From positions 62,001 through 126,000 of the forward strand of contig QPGO01000106.1 of assembly GCA_008632985.1 (NCBI GenBank): DNA of 64,000 nucleotides, given 5' to 3'. Numbering within the stretch: position 1 is the first letter of the stretch; every line of letters begins with the position of its first letter. Below the pieces are notes generated by a model that searched no databases, was not told where the DNA came from, and saw only the letters and a list, made by a program, of their open reading frames with translations. A program made the translations under genes and the position numbers. Positions 50,546 through 63,399 of this stretch are shown one piece after another. Source of the stretch: Psammoneis japonica (taxonomy: Eukaryota).

Positions 50546-51082
50546 ATGCGCTCAAAGAATCATGCAACTTCTCAGTCTCGAAAGGGTTTGGCTGCATTTG
50601 CTGCGCGACAAGTACATGCTCCACTTGCTCATGCTTGGCAATGTCTTGTAGATGTCGATTCGTACCCATCCATGTGTTCCACTTGTACTGCGGTAGAGCG
50701 TCTGGATCGACATGATGCCATCAAGGTTGGATCACAGTGGCGAGAAACTCGACATTATGGACGACGGCTCTACAAAATTGTCGTGACGGCGACAGCTGTA
50801 CTGGAAGAACCAAGTGAGTCGGCGCTTGTCGTGACCACCACCGTCATGGGAGCCACCAGTACATCCACACAAACGGTACAAGCAATCGATGACCATACGT
50901 GCATGGTTACGTTATCCTATGCCATGGTGGCTAATCATGTTTGGTCCAAGATGTGGACCATGCTCTTTGGTTGGCAAATACGTCGACAGGCATCCGACGC
51001 TCTCGAGACGGAGCTCAACGACCTTGCCAAGGCAGTAGAAGACGCTTATGAAAGCGAGCTTCAAACTGATAATGGCGAGTAA
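50546..51082 (+). CDS. SRPBCC/START-like (polyketide cyclase-type) protein
   Basis: V.AP...AWQCLVDVDSYP..VGSQWRETR. Paralogue at 55884. Confidence 0.75.
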   Translation: MRSKNHATSQSRKGLAAFAARQVHAPLAHAWQCLVDVDSYPSMCSTCTAVERLDRHDAIKVGSQWRETRHYGRRLYKIVVTATAVLEEPSESALVVTTTVMGATSTSTQTVQAIDDHTCMVTLSYAMVANHVWSKMWTMLFGWQIRRQASDALETELNDLAKAVEDAYESELQTDNGE

Positions 51083-51188
51083 CAACAACAAAAAAGAGAA
51101 GTCCTATCATTTTATATACAAAATCAGAAAAAATACAAAATTCGAGCAATCATCGAGTATGAAGCAACAACGCAATACGGAACAAGAG

Positions 51189-53934
51189 TCAATTTTCATT
51201 TCCATTCATGCCCATGATCTCCTGAAACTCGGTCCAATCAACACCTCCATCGCGATTAACATCCAAGGAAGCTACAATTCTCGAAATCACGTCCTCCGGT
51301 TCGCCTGCCGAACGCAAAACGACTCGGATTTCATGGGGGTCCAACACACCATTTCCTTCCAGGTCAATGGCATTGAAAATCTCGCGAAGCTTGCCCTTGT
51401 CCGATGTCGCTGTGCGGTGACTATCAAAGCGATTCAAAATGTGAGATTTGAATCGATTACGAAGGTAACTGTCTTGTAGGCCCAATCCGCTGTTGCTGCT
51501 CTCGCCACGTTTGCTCATCATGAGGGCTCGGAATTCATCCCAACGAATCACACCGGTACCATCCAGGTCGGCGCATTCAAATATCTGACCAATATGCTTG
51601 TCAGAAATACCCATGTCTCCAAGTACCGTTGTGACCTCTTCCAGGTCCAGTACACCGTTTTGTTTGAGATCCAACGCACGAAACATGGCCTCCAACTCGT
51701 GTTCTGTAGTAGTATCACTGCTTGTGGTGGAAAACTTTTTCAAAATTTCGGCACGAAACTTGTGTTGCCAATAGGCTTGTAATTCTGCATGGGTCTTGGA
51801 CATGGTTTTCCACGACGCCGTCAATCCTTGTACCCATGGGTGTCGTCGAAAATCGTCCGACGTCATGCGCTTGTGGGGATCGGGATGCATTAATTGTTTC
51901 ATTAAATCAATGCACGAATCACTCAAACCGTCAATGCGTTCGTCAAAGACCAACTGGTCCATGAGAGAATTGGCCTTTTGTTGTGGTTCTACTTCTTCGC
52001 CATTGTCCTTGCTTTCGATGCTGCTCTTTAACTTCATTAAATCGTGAGCAATATCCTCGTCAGGTTTATCTGCGTACTTGTCAAACGGGTGACTATGTAC
52101 GAGTACAGTATACAGAAAGGAGAAGCGTCGTAAGTTAGGCATACGCCATGAGCTCAAGCACTAATGAAATCAGAATTGGGACACAAATGCTACTTACGAG
52201 CCAGTCAGCAAAAGATACACAATCACTCCTGCTGCCCACATGTCTGCAGCGGGCGTCGGCTTGGCGCCCTTGGCAAAGAGTTCTGGTGCCCAATAGGCAA
52301 TGGTCCCCGAGGCGTTTTCGTCTTCCACTCTTTGTTTGAGAATCGATTCACCATACACTTTGAGTTTCGGAGGAACGTTAACATCGCCACGTTTGGATGC
52401 TCCGTAGTCTTTCAACAACTTGATTATTGCCGCCGAGTTCTTTTTGGCACTCTTGGCATCGTCCAGTGGGCGATTCCCCCACCGGTCTTCTACATTGACA
52501 TTGGCTCCCGCCTCGCAGAGTAGCTTGACAACCGCCAATCGCCCTTCGCCCGCCGCAAGATGACATGCTGTTCGTCGATCATAATCGCCTTGATTTATAT
52601 CAATGTTTCCAAATTGCAACAAGGCTTGAACTACCTTGACATCTCCCAGAGACGCGGCATTGATGAATTTTTCAATCGCCAAGGCATCATTACCAAATGT
52701 GGCACCGTGTTGACCGAGAAATTCAAGCACGTCGGCATGTCCGTGTCGGTGTGCATCATCCAACGGACTGCCACCCCATCGATCGACGCGGTTAATGCGA
52801 GCACCGCGTTGTACGAGAAATCGACAAATGTCCAAATGCTACATGTAAACGAGTTTGTATGGATAGAGCGAAAAAAGTGTGAATAGCGCGAATCGTGAGT
52901 CTTCTAAAGCTCGCACAAAACACACGGACAAGGCCGCAAACTCGACCAATCCACAATATACTACGTACACCTTCCGATGCTGCGATGTGAAGAGGAGTCC
53001 GCTTGTCATAGTCCCTAAAGTTGACTAAATTCGGTCGTTCCTGCAAGATGCGTTGCAATTCAAACTGATTTCCCAGAGCCACCTGATGAAGAACACTACA
53101 ACCCATGGCAAATTCTTGAGCCGGCAAGTGCAAATCCTTTTTTGCCAAATCGTGTGTACACGCACATCCGAAATCCACCACCTTTAATGCCATGCTATTG
53201 TTATTGTTGTTTTCGTCCATACCGGATGATGATGCAAACGATGTGGCCAGCATTAAGTTTTCAGGCTTGAGGTCTGCATGAATGTATCCGGACGAATGAA
53301 CAAAGCAAAGAGCTTCGGCAAACTGCCGCATAAAGGATGCCGCGACTGCCTCCGAGTAGGGTCCATTTTGAATCAAATGTTCCAATAGCTCCCCACCTTG
53401 TACAAGTTCCATGGCGAGATAGTAATTCTTGTCGTCACGATGCAAATCATACAACTTGACAACATGATTGTGTGGACCCGACGGTGGTTTGGAAAGTAGT
53501 TGGAGTGCCGCCACTTCCCGTTCAAAGTCCGTCTGACCGGTATACTCGCGGGGCATAGTTTTCAAGGCTACCGCAAGACCATCGTTCTTGCGACGGGCTT
53601 GATAGACCATGCCGTACGCGCCTTCACCCAACACTTGTTCAATGTCGTACACATCCTTGAGTTGAAACCGTTTGGGAGGTGATGATTCGCAGAGACAGGA
53701 ATTGCTGTAATGGAGGGGAGCTATCGAGTGTTTGTTTTCTTCAAAGGCCTTGTAGGCCACAGAAGCAGCACAGGCTCCACCCACGGCCGCCACGAGTCTG
53801 ACAGTATTACTCTTGTTCCTTGTGATGCATGTACTTGCAAGGCGACGACCACTCGAAGAAAAAGTCGCTTGTGCTCGGCTGATTTGCCGACCAAGAGGGA
53901 CAACACGAGAACACCAGCCTGTTTGTTGAAACAT
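51189..53934 (-). CDS. Ca2+-dependent (CDPK-like) Ser/Thr kinase with an ankyrin-repeat insertion and four EF-hands; introns ~52845-52968 and ~52095-52197
   Basis: LGEGAYG, VALK, HADLKPEN, DFG, then ankyrin repeats (DYDKRTPLHIAASEG, DRWG..PLDDA), then GTIAYWAPE, DMWAAGVI. EF-hands DLKQNGVLD, DLDGTGVI, DLEGNGVLD, DVNRDGGVD. Confidence 0.9.
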
Positions 53935-54466
53935 TTTCGCACTGTCGTTTGTTGATTGATTTTTCTCTCTCTTTTGATTCACGACGACGTCGCCATTGTC
54001 ATGTTGTTAGAATATCTTTCTCGTTGAACATGTGAGAAAATCGACGCGAATCTTTCTTCCGACTTTTCAGGTGGAAGCAAGTTTTGCATCATTGAAAAGG
54101 CTACAGATCTGTATAGTTCATAATCGCGCAAAACCGAACGCGCGGGGTGTCACCAGCTGACTGAAATGTGTCATCGAACCTGCAGTTTCGTCCTTTTTGG
54201 CTTGATTGCTCTCTACTCTAGCTAGTTGGGAGTGGTAGTAGAGCAATTTTGAACTAACTAAAGAAACTAGCGTACAAAGAACGAATTGTAAGGAAAAGAA
54301 TAGTCCATGACATCAGCCTTCCACTCTTTACAGCTTGGGTCCTGTGATCCTCAAGGCGCTGCCAGCGGATCTTTCCCAATCCAAATAACCTGCTGCAATG
54401 ACGGAAAATCTTGCTCACAAAGGAATCCTGTGGTGGCTTTGAAAACTAACATTTTGTCCAATCCCA

Positions 54467-55460
54467 TCAACCACCATTCTTTGCGTCAGATGATGCAGTA
54501 TCTCGATTGTACCATCCGACAACAACAATCCGTTCCTTGTTGGTATCCAGAACTTCATGAGCAATCAAGTCCGACTTGAAGAGTACAAGTGTTCCACCCG
54601 TAGGCAGTACATCCTCATAGCCTCCTCGTGCACTAATTTATCAATAGAAACAAACGAATCAATAAACGTTTCAATTGGTTCATGACAAGAACAAAAAGTA
54701 ACCAAGAATATACTTACCCATATAAACGGAGTTGGCCTCCATCTGTCACTCTCCATTTGTCTTGATTGACATAGAGCAAGAGAGAATAACATCGAAGCAC
54801 GGATGTATCCAAAGCGCTACTACTACTACTACCGCCAGTATCCACATGACGCCGATAATATCCTCCCTTTGGATAGTAGGCATATAGCAAGTCGTCTTTG
54901 TTGCCATCCAGTGCTGGCGTCTTTTTGGTGACGGTGGTATCCGACTTGAGGATTGGACTCTTGTCAAGTTGCTCTCGTATCATGGACAGCAAATTACACA
55001 GCTTGGATCGAACTGTAGATTCTTCCAATTGCACAATGCCTCGGCGGACAATGGAACAACTTTCAGCCACTCGAACTTCCGCATCTAGGGCGGATATTTT
55101 GTTGGTGCTATTTCCCTCTTGTTGTCCAATGGGTGACACTCGAAACTTGCCTTGGTCACGGAGTAACTCGATATCGTGAGAAATGTCACTCGAAAGCAAA
55201 TCAGTAAAATTGGAAGAATTGGAAAGAAAATTAGGAACCACCGTGTACCCAACGGTTGCGAGTCTCTGCAAATGATCCAACGACAATACGGTTGGAGGAT
55301 GTCCTGAAAGAACACTTTGTGACGACTCGTCAATGGGTTTTGTCAGATGTAGCCGAGAACGACATGAAGGATGTACAAGTCGAGATTGAGGATATCCAAG
55401 GCCGTTTGCCAGCAAAAAACATGAATAAATCCCACACAACATCACCAAGCACAACATCAT
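54467..55460 (-). CDS. 2OG-Fe(II) oxygenase (prolyl-hydroxylase-like), probable organelle targeting, intron starting ~54717; 3' end approximate
   Basis: YYPKGGYYRRHVD, YSLLLYVN..W...DGGQLRL, and downstream exon PTGGTLVLFKSD...HEV...R.VVVGW. Confidence 0.82.
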
Positions 55461-55883
55461 CCTGCGGCCACCCACACTGCGTTGACATCTTCTTGGAATC
55501 ATAAAAACACTCGTTCTCGCCAGTAGAAACCAAATTACGACAACATCAATGCATGGAAACATCTTTGAGTCCTGATAAAGTCGCCAAGTATCAACGAAAC
55601 AGCAAAAGAACAAAAGGAACTGCCATTGTTGACGCCTCAAGGCAAACAGCAAAACCCAAAACACGCGTCACAATGTGGATGGGTCGCCAATCACGACTGA
55701 AATTGAAAGTTTCATCACGACTGACGTCATGCTCGTTTTCAGCCGTCATCCTCATTTTTTTTCTCTTCCTGGCTCTAGAGAAGATGGCCGCCAAGCCGCT
55801 GCCATGTTGCATCCTGCCCAAAGTCTGAAGTTGCACCTGTGAAACAATCACTACGTCGACAGGAAAATAAAAGAAAAAACGAA

Positions 55884-56390
55884 ATGCCCTTGGATGCCAC
55901 AACTACTTCTCAATCTCGAAAGGGACTGGCCGCGTGTGCGACTCGAGAAATCAACGCTCCCGTGTCAAGAGTGTGGCAATTCCTTGTTGATATTGATTCT
56001 TACCCCACGACGTTTTCTACCACATGCAAGGCAGTCGACCGACTCGGTAATGACAAGGAAAAGCCAATAACTGTCGGCTCTCAGTGGCGACAAAGGGGCT
56101 CGTATGGATTAAGGAGCTACGATGCTGTTCTCCAGCTTACCTCGCTTGAAACAAACTCGACCATGGTTTTGACTGCAACCATGGATGGAGCGACGAGAAC
56201 TTCCACACAATCGCTTGAGGCTGCGGGTGACAATAGATGTTTTGTCACCTCATCCTACGCTGTGGTTCCGAATAACCTTTGGTCCAAATGCTGGATAACA
56301 ATGTTTGGTCGGCTGATATGCAGACATGCCGCAGCTGCGCAAAGAGTAGATCTTGCTGACTTGGCCGTGGCTGTTGAGAAGGCATCATGA
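55884..56390 (+). CDS. SRPBCC/START-like protein, paralogue of 50546-51082
   Basis: TSQSRKGLAA..R.INAP...WQFLVDIDSYP..VGSQWR. Confidence 0.75.
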   Translation: MPLDATTTSQSRKGLAACATREINAPVSRVWQFLVDIDSYPTTFSTTCKAVDRLGNDKEKPITVGSQWRQRGSYGLRSYDAVLQLTSLETNSTMVLTATMDGATRTSTQSLEAAGDNRCFVTSSYAVVPNNLWSKCWITMFGRLICRHAAAAQRVDLADLAVAVEKAS

Positions 56391-56900
56391 TTCATGATAT
56401 CTAACATAGGAGTACTAGCTTCCGCAGTGAACGAATGTGGAATAGTATTACAATCGAAGAGTGATAGTGATGTCCTTGAAGCCTCAAATACCGTACAGAA
56501 GGTCTGTCCAAGAGCAACAACAGTAACGTCCAAAGGAATCCCTCCACGAGTCTAAAACGCCTCAAACTCGCAACGGCGACCTACGGATATGGTAAGAGAC
56601 GCTCTAGAAAAGATAATCATGAAGTCTCAGTGTTGTGAAATATCAGCAATCATGGCATGGCGAGCAGCTTGATTTTGCGAGACAAATAAGCTTGACATGG
56701 CAGAAGAGTATCGTCTTGGGCGCCAATTGTATCGAAGAAATGAAGAGCAAATGTCTCCCGGAGTAACAGTGAAGTACCGCGTCGCAAGTGAACATGATGT
56801 TCCAACTAGCGATCGTTTTCTCTTAAACTCTGTGTTTCGATAGATATCACGTGCACACATATTAACGTCATGCGTGCAACGCTTTCATTCGATACTGCAC

Positions 56901-57788
56901 TCAAGCTTCTTCAGTTTCTGTATTGTTGGATGGATGACTGACAAGCAAGTAATTTCGCCGACAGCACGGGCAGTTTTCACTCTTTATGAGCCAATCCACA
57001 ATGCACTCCTTGTGATACACATGAACGCAATCGTCGTTGGGTGACCAACAAACATCTTCCCCAATTTCGTATTCCATGAGACAAATGTCACACGTTGTAG
57101 GATTGTCCCACGCCGTTGATGATCGTAGCGATGTCGATATTGCACGAGCGACAATGTTGCATTTCCGCCGACTGCTTGTGAGACTACCAGATTCAACCGT
57201 ACCAGTAGTAGCAGCCGGTCCTATTTCTTCCATTTTTTCTTCTTGGGGCGAATCGAGACCTTGCTCCTCGTCCTTTCTTCTGTCCCCAGTAATCAATTGC
57301 GATTGACTGGCAGCTTTCTTGGGCTCCTCATCGCTAAGAGAATGTTGAATTCTTAAATTTGGAACGCTTGCAGACCGACCTGTTGGTTCCGAAAACTGAA
57401 TGGATCTATTCGACTTGCCCATTTTCGAGAAGGCTGCAAGATACGACGAATAGGTTCGCCCACCACTTCCCAAATCATCCATGATTTTTCCCAGCCTTGA
57501 TGTCGACGATGATGTATCCTCAGCAGCTACAACTTTGCGTATAATGACAGTCTCTTCAATCATGGCTCTCCGTTCTTCTGGTGTCATTTCTTCTTCTTCT
57601 TGTTCATCCTGTGATGTAGTAGTAGCAAGCCAGTTCATGTTGTTGTTGCCCGTGGTGCTTACACCTTCTCTTCGACAACAATAAAATGCAACAAACACGG
57701 CAATTCCCAAGGCGACAAAAAATGTAACAAAAAAATCATCCGAAGGCGCAACAGCGCTCCCATCGTCTCGGCCATTATCGGTATCCAT
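56901..57788 (-). CDS. Membrane-anchored RING-H2 E3 ligase
   Basis: N-terminal TM helix. CDICLMEY..C.HVYHKECIVDWL....CPCCR. Confidence 0.88.
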   Translation of the reverse strand: MDTDNGRDDGSAVAPSDDFFVTFFVALGIAVFVAFYCCRREGVSTTGNNNMNWLATTTSQDEQEEEEMTPEERRAMIEETVIIRKVVAAEDTSSSTSRLGKIMDDLGSGGRTYSSYLAAFSKMGKSNRSIQFSEPTGRSASVPNLRIQHSLSDEEPKKAASQSQLITGDRRKDEEQGLDSPQEEKMEEIGPAATTGTVESGSLTSSRRKCNIVARAISTSLRSSTAWDNPTTCDICLMEYEIGEDVCWSPNDDCVHVYHKECIVDWLIKSENCPCCRRNYLLVSHPSNNTETEEA

Positions 57789-58909
57789 TTTTTATTTTAT
57801 TTTTCAAAAAGAAAAAAAGGTCAGGTGTGTAAGGAACAAAATGTTGCAAGGTGGTTGTCACTGCAAACGCTCAAGCGCGATTTGCGTAGCAATATCAAAC
57901 CGTTCAAGCCATGCCAATCCGAAAACAAGGACGATGCGAAATGCGAAAGGAACGCGTGATCAGCGCTTGCGCAAGAAAAAATGAGTAGGCGCAGAGAAGC
58001 AACCATTAAGTATTACATGTCTGTATATTTTAGATTCATTTTCCCGCCTTTTTTTGTCCGACGCACCGACCCGCAGCACATCACTTTTTGGCGCAATGGG
58101 CAAGAGCGGAGGAGCTGCGCCGCACAAGGAAGGAACTGCATTGCAGCACATACCTGTACAAACGACTCCTACACTACACACTACCGTAGCAGCGTTGCTA
58201 ACGTAGAAGACAGTACTAGCAATAGCATGATATGATGACAAAAAAAAATCATTCAACACATGGAGACGGCTACAAATAAATCGGTGTGGTTTACGTTTTA
58301 GATGGCGTGTCAGTAGACTATCAAAAACACTACCAGATACAAAAGTATATTTTGTTCATCTCCCCGTTTGCCGCGAACCGCTCTCCCTTTGTCAACAAGA
58401 GAGGCTATCAGCACGATTGGAGATAGATTTGATTTCAGCAAAAAGTGAAACTTGCGAGGACGAATTCGACCATTTTGTCCGCTTTCCTCTTTTGTGACAA
58501 AATTGGAAGTTTTACAATATGTCATCTTAACAATTATTATTACCCTAAGACAAACTTAGTTAGGTATTTCTCAATAATTGTTTGCAATTAAAGAATAGGG
58601 CTTAACCATAAGTATGGCTATACTTATTGATTCCCTAAATGAACTCATTCAACTCTGATTGATCTCAATTGTCCGAAATGTCGGGAGGCAACAATAAGTG
58701 TTGGAGGTGAATGACCGAATTGATGTGAATCCCCGCGCTTTACTGATCACTGATCACAACAACCCGAATCGTAATCAAGCAATTGCATTGCCTATTCTTT
58801 TCTCAACTTGTTGTTGTCCTTGATATTTCATAGTCAGGTTTAGTTTCTATCAGTGAATGACAGAGGTATCTAGAATGATGCGAGACGCTTCACACGGAAA
58901 GCGTTTCAA

Positions 58910-61017
58910 ATGCGAAAGAGTGGAAAGCGGCGGAGATTCTTCCATCATGGGAACGTTGCTAGACATGAACAACGTTGCCTCGTGGTACTTTCAAAAGGGG
59001 ACTACGGCAACGCCTCTACCTTGCTAGATGAGGCGTGCTTGATGGATAAGGACTTTCTTCCTGACGTATCATCTGTGTCTGGTCCTCAACATCACGCCGA
59101 GAGGGAACGAATGCTGCTCAACCTTGCATTCCCTCAGATTGACATGTCCACGTCACAGCAACCGCTTTCCAATGAAAGCCATCTCGACTACTTTGACGAG
59201 GGCTTTCGTTGTTTTCAGACCACAGAAGTGATCTTGGTGACAGACACGTATCAAACTGCACTGGCTACGCTTTGGTACAACGCTGGACAAGCCAAACAGC
59301 AACTGCATAACACTTCGGCGGCGTTGCAGTGCTTCAAACGTGCAATATCTCTCCTACAATTCGATCCCTTCTTCGACTCCCAAAACTCCCGAATTCTCAT
59401 TCCTACATTGATTAATATTGCAAAAGTCTGGTACAGAGAAAGCCGACTTGATCAAGCCATTGCATGTCTCGAGGTTGCCAGGAACCATGCTCGAACATTC
59501 CAAGGGGGCGAGAGTTTAACATTGGGCATGACACTCAACTGCTTAGGGGTCGCCTACTTTCACAAGTCACTACCAAGCAACGACGCACTTTTGAACTCTT
59601 CGCTCGATTGTCTCTATCAGTCCTTCAACATGTTGTCGAGACTCCTGGGGACTACCCATGCAAGTGTCGCAACCGTGCTCAACAATTTGGGACGAGTCTT
59701 GGTGCAACGCGACGAGTATCGTGAGGCCCTCGAGTGCTACCAACAGGCTCTCATGATTCGGCAGCAACAGCTGGGTACAAGCTCACTTGACTACGGTGCC
59801 ACAGCGTACAACATTGGTCAGTGCCTGTATAAACTAGGCAAGCTCGACGAAGCCATGGCCATGTACCAAGAGTTCCTCAAGATTGCAAGAAAACAAATCT
59901 CGGGTGGCAACTCTCGGGACGTTTCGGTTGTCTTGGGTGGAATGGCTCAAATATGTGAAGACAAGAAGGATCTCGGTAGAGCTCTAGAACTGTACCAAGA
60001 AGCTTTGAAGGTTGGACGCGAGACAATGGGAGAGGTGCACGCCGAGCTTGCCTCCCTCTGGAACCGGATTGGCAATCTTCATTACCGACGACGAGACATG
60101 GACGCAGCCTTGACGTGCTATCGAGAAGGGCTGGCTATCGATACTCAGCTGTTGAGTGACGAGACCCATCCGAATGTTGCAATCACTCTCAGCAACATTG
60201 CCGAAGTCTACCGGCAGACCCACAAGTACGAGGATGCCATTCGTGTCTACAACGAAGTGCTCGTCTATCACCAACGCAAGCACCCAGCCAATGAACCTCA
60301 AGAAGACGTTGCGGGGACTCTGAGTTCGCTCGGACTCATTTATGACCAACAAGGAGACTTCAAGACGTCTCAACGATTCCTTCAGAGAGCACTTGAAATG
60401 AAGATTTCGCTGTTTGGCGAAGAACATTTGAGCGTGGCAACGTCACTCATGCACGTGGGGTGCATTCTCTACAAGCGCAACAGGGCCACAAGAGCAATGC
60501 CGCACTTTTTTCGCGCCGCCAGGATCCGAAAGAAGCTGCTCGGAGGCAACCATCGGGATGTCGCATTCTCCCTTTACAATCTGGGATTGTGCCACATGGT
60601 CCACTCCAACTACACGGATGCAATAACTTGTTTCTGCGAGACAGTCCGAATCGAGCGACTCGTCCTGGACATGATCACCAAGATGTCGCCATGACACTCT
60701 ACAAGTTGGGTCAAGCCTACTACGCCAATGGCGACATGGACGATGCCCTCGTGAATCTTCAAGAGGCCTTTCGAATATCCGAGGGGTTGGAGGATGAAGT
60801 CTTTGAGCCCGTCACGGTGGCTCGCACGCTGAATCAAATTGGGAGCATCCATCTGGTTCGTGGGGAAACGAGAGAAATGATGGAAGCACTCAACGAAGCT
60901 GCCCGCATCCTCCGACGAGAAGGCTTTAATCCACAAAATGTGCAAGTCACATCGCAAATGCACTTTTCGCTACAAGACAATTCTGGTTCTGTCGTAGTCG
61001 CCGCACCTGCGGCTTGA
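58910..61017 (+). CDS. TPR-repeat (kinesin-light-chain-like) protein; frameshift near 60670, start uncertain
   Basis: Tandem ~42-aa repeats such as HASVATVLNNLGRV, HPNVAITLSNIAEVY and HRDVAFSLYNLG. Continues as HQDVAMTLYKLG in the next frame. Confidence 0.85.
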
Positions 61018-61198
61018 GCATAAAATAATAGCTTTGATTGGGGAGGAGCCCTTGGAGGACTCACTATCTATAATCATTCAAGCAATGTAGAAGCTAACGA
61101 TAGATGCAGTCTTACTGGAGAGTGCGATTATGTGGCGCTTGCACTACTGTACTCTAGAGAGAAAGCCAAGACGTCATGTACCCAGAAAATCACAAAAG

Positions 61199-61565
61199 CT
61201 AGGGTAGAGAATGGGTTAGTCTACTCTCTAGCTAGAGTAGAGGCGCACTGACAACATTAACAATGAAGTGTACTTGCAATCGCGCGGGGCTTTCTTACCA
61301 CGAAGATTAACTCTTTAGCATAACGCTCAGACGCAGCCAGGTTCGTTGACGATCATAACAATCACGTGTACAAATTGCCTCACTACTCTAGGGTAGGAAG
61401 AGAATGGAGCAGTCTAGTGGAGGTGCTTTGACGACCATCACAATGAAGTGTACTTACAATCGCACAAGAGTTTCATACCTCGAAGATAAACCAATTATGT
61501 CTCAGACGCAACAGCCAGGTTCGCTGACGACCATACCAATCACGTGTACATACTGCTCTACTACT
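61199..61565. repeat. Diverged tandem duplication of ~180 bp
   Basis: ACAATGAAGTGTACTT.CAATCGC and CAGCCAGGTTCG.TGACGA.CATA.CAATCACGTGTACA each occur twice. Confidence 0.85.
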
Positions 61566-61621
61566 ATTAACATTATGCATTTACACGAGACTTTCAAGCC
61601 ATTATCCTTCTCTTTTTCTTT

Positions 61622-63109
61622 TTATCCTCCAATTAATGTCATGGGCCGATTCATACTGGAATGCTTGGCAAGTTTAATGGCATCTCCGTGTCCTCCCAAT
61701 GAAAACGTCTTTTGTTGAACGGCATAATGAATGAGCTTGTTGAGTTGATCGGGTGACCATCCGTCCCGTAGAGCGTCTCGTAACGAAATCTCACTCGTTC
61801 CAAACAAGCAAACCTTGATATTGCCATTGGCGGTCAGTCGTAATCGATTGCAAGTGGAACAAAAATGCTCCGACATGGATGTGATAAAGCCAATGCGCCC
61901 TGTATCGGGATGTAGCTGATACCATTTGGTAGTGTCGTTGGGACCGTCCGAAATGCGTTGCAACTCGATTCCATCTCGTTTCAACTGTTGTAACATTTCC
62001 TGATAGGACAAAAACTTTTCGGTATCCCAACCATTGTCGGAAAAGGGCATCCATTCAATAAAGCGAACATCCAAATTGGGCAACCTTTCGGTAAGCAAAC
62101 AAAAATCTTTGAGTTCCTCATGGTTAATACCCTTCATGACGACCATGTTGAGCTTGACACGACCCTTTGGAAAGATTTGACAAGCACGCTCTATGGATCG
62201 CCAAACCTTGTCAAAGGCGTTTCGTCGTGTCAATTCTTGAAATTTGGTCCGATCCAACGTGTCCAAGGAAATGTTAATGTGCGTCAAGCCGGCATCCAAG
62301 AGTTGCTGCAATTGGTCGGAAGAGGTGGAAAGCGTCACACCGTTGGTCGTAATTCCAATCTGTTCCAGAGTCGGAAACTTGGACAACTCGCTTACAATCT
62401 CCACCAAGTCTTTGCGCAACAGTGGTTCGCCTCCCGTCAAACGAATCTTGGTGACGCCGGCCTTTATAAACATGCGTGTCAACGTCAGCAATTCAACCGT
62501 TGACAGCAATTCGTTGGATGGTGACAGCGGCACACCCTCGGGTGGCATGCAATATTGACAACGCAAATTGCACTTTTCCACCAAGGACAAACGCAAATAG
62601 GAATGATGACGTTGAAATTTGTCCGTCAAGATTTGTTCGTTTGGTAATACGGGTGGGAGCTCGTCCATGCGTTGTCGTAGTTCTTCCAGCGATAATAATG
62701 TAGTGTCCTTTTCTGGTTTATTCTTTTTTGTTGTTTCTGTAGTGGATGGTGATTTGTTCCATATTTTTACAATTGCGTCTTGTGCTTGATCTAGTTCTAA
62801 TTGTTCCTGAAGTGCCTTGAGTCTCGGGCGACTGCTTTTCTTGCGGGTGGTACTCACAGTACCTGTTCTCGTTGTTGTTGTTCTTGAAGCTCTTATTTTC
62901 TTCTGAGATGTACTATCCAAGGATATGGATGAAAAATTAGATACAGGACTCCATCTTGTTGTTTGTGAATAATGGGATGGCAGCAACAGTCCGTTTTCAG
63001 CAATTGTTTCTCGCACTAAAGAAGAAAATTGAGGTATGTTTGATAGTTGTTGTTGTTTTCTGAAACGCAAAGAGCGGGTCAACAAAGACCCTCGCGCAAG
63101 ATGAACCAT
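61622..63109 (-). CDS. moaA: GTP 3',8-cyclase (molybdenum cofactor biosynthesis MoaA/CNX2/MOCS1A), probable mitochondrial presequence
   Basis: YLRLSL..CNLRCQYCMP radical SAM motif, RLTGGEP, FIEWMP, FCSTCNRLRLT..G..KVCL, terminal MTLIGG. Confidence 0.95.
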   Translation of the reverse strand: MVHLARGSLLTRSLRFRKQQQLSNIPQFSSLVRETIAENGLLLPSHYSQTTRWSPVSNFSSISLDSTSQKKIRASRTTTTRTGTVSTTRKKSSRPRLKALQEQLELDQAQDAIVKIWNKSPSTTETTKKNKPEKDTTLLSLEELRQRMDELPPVLPNEQILTDKFQRHHSYLRLSLVEKCNLRCQYCMPPEGVPLSPSNELLSTVELLTLTRMFIKAGVTKIRLTGGEPLLRKDLVEIVSELSKFPTLEQIGITTNGVTLSTSSDQLQQLLDAGLTHINISLDTLDRTKFQELTRRNAFDKVWRSIERACQIFPKGRVKLNMVVMKGINHEELKDFCLLTERLPNLDVRFIEWMPFSDNGWDTEKFLSYQEMLQQLKRDGIELQRISDGPNDTTKWYQLHPDTGRIGFITSMSEHFCSTCNRLRLTANGNIKVCLFGTSEISLRDALRDGWSPDQLNKLIHYAVQQKTFSLGGHGDAIKLAKHSSMNRPMTLIGG

Positions 63110-63399
63110 TATAATATATGCTAGAGACAAGCCTGGCTTTTTCTATTGCAACAAGAATTGCAAGACCTCTGAGAAACAACAACAACAACACAACGCCAAC
63201 AACGAACAAAGTTCCAGTCGAAAAAAAAAAGTGAGAAACAACGCGAGAGCGAGCGACGTGGGACGTGGCGTCTGCGTAGACTGTCGTAGAAAACATACTG
63301 CAAGCAAAACTACCGGCAGTGGGGGCGGGGGATGGCATGCAAGACACTATCGTATCGGACCATGGCAGACGACATCAAAAAAGCGCGCGATCGCGATCG

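Noticed and set aside
61404..61718. Small zinc-ribbon ORF (CTYC) in the tandem duplication
   Set aside because: No second Cys pair, it overlaps the 3' end of moaA on the opposite strand, and there is no support for coding.
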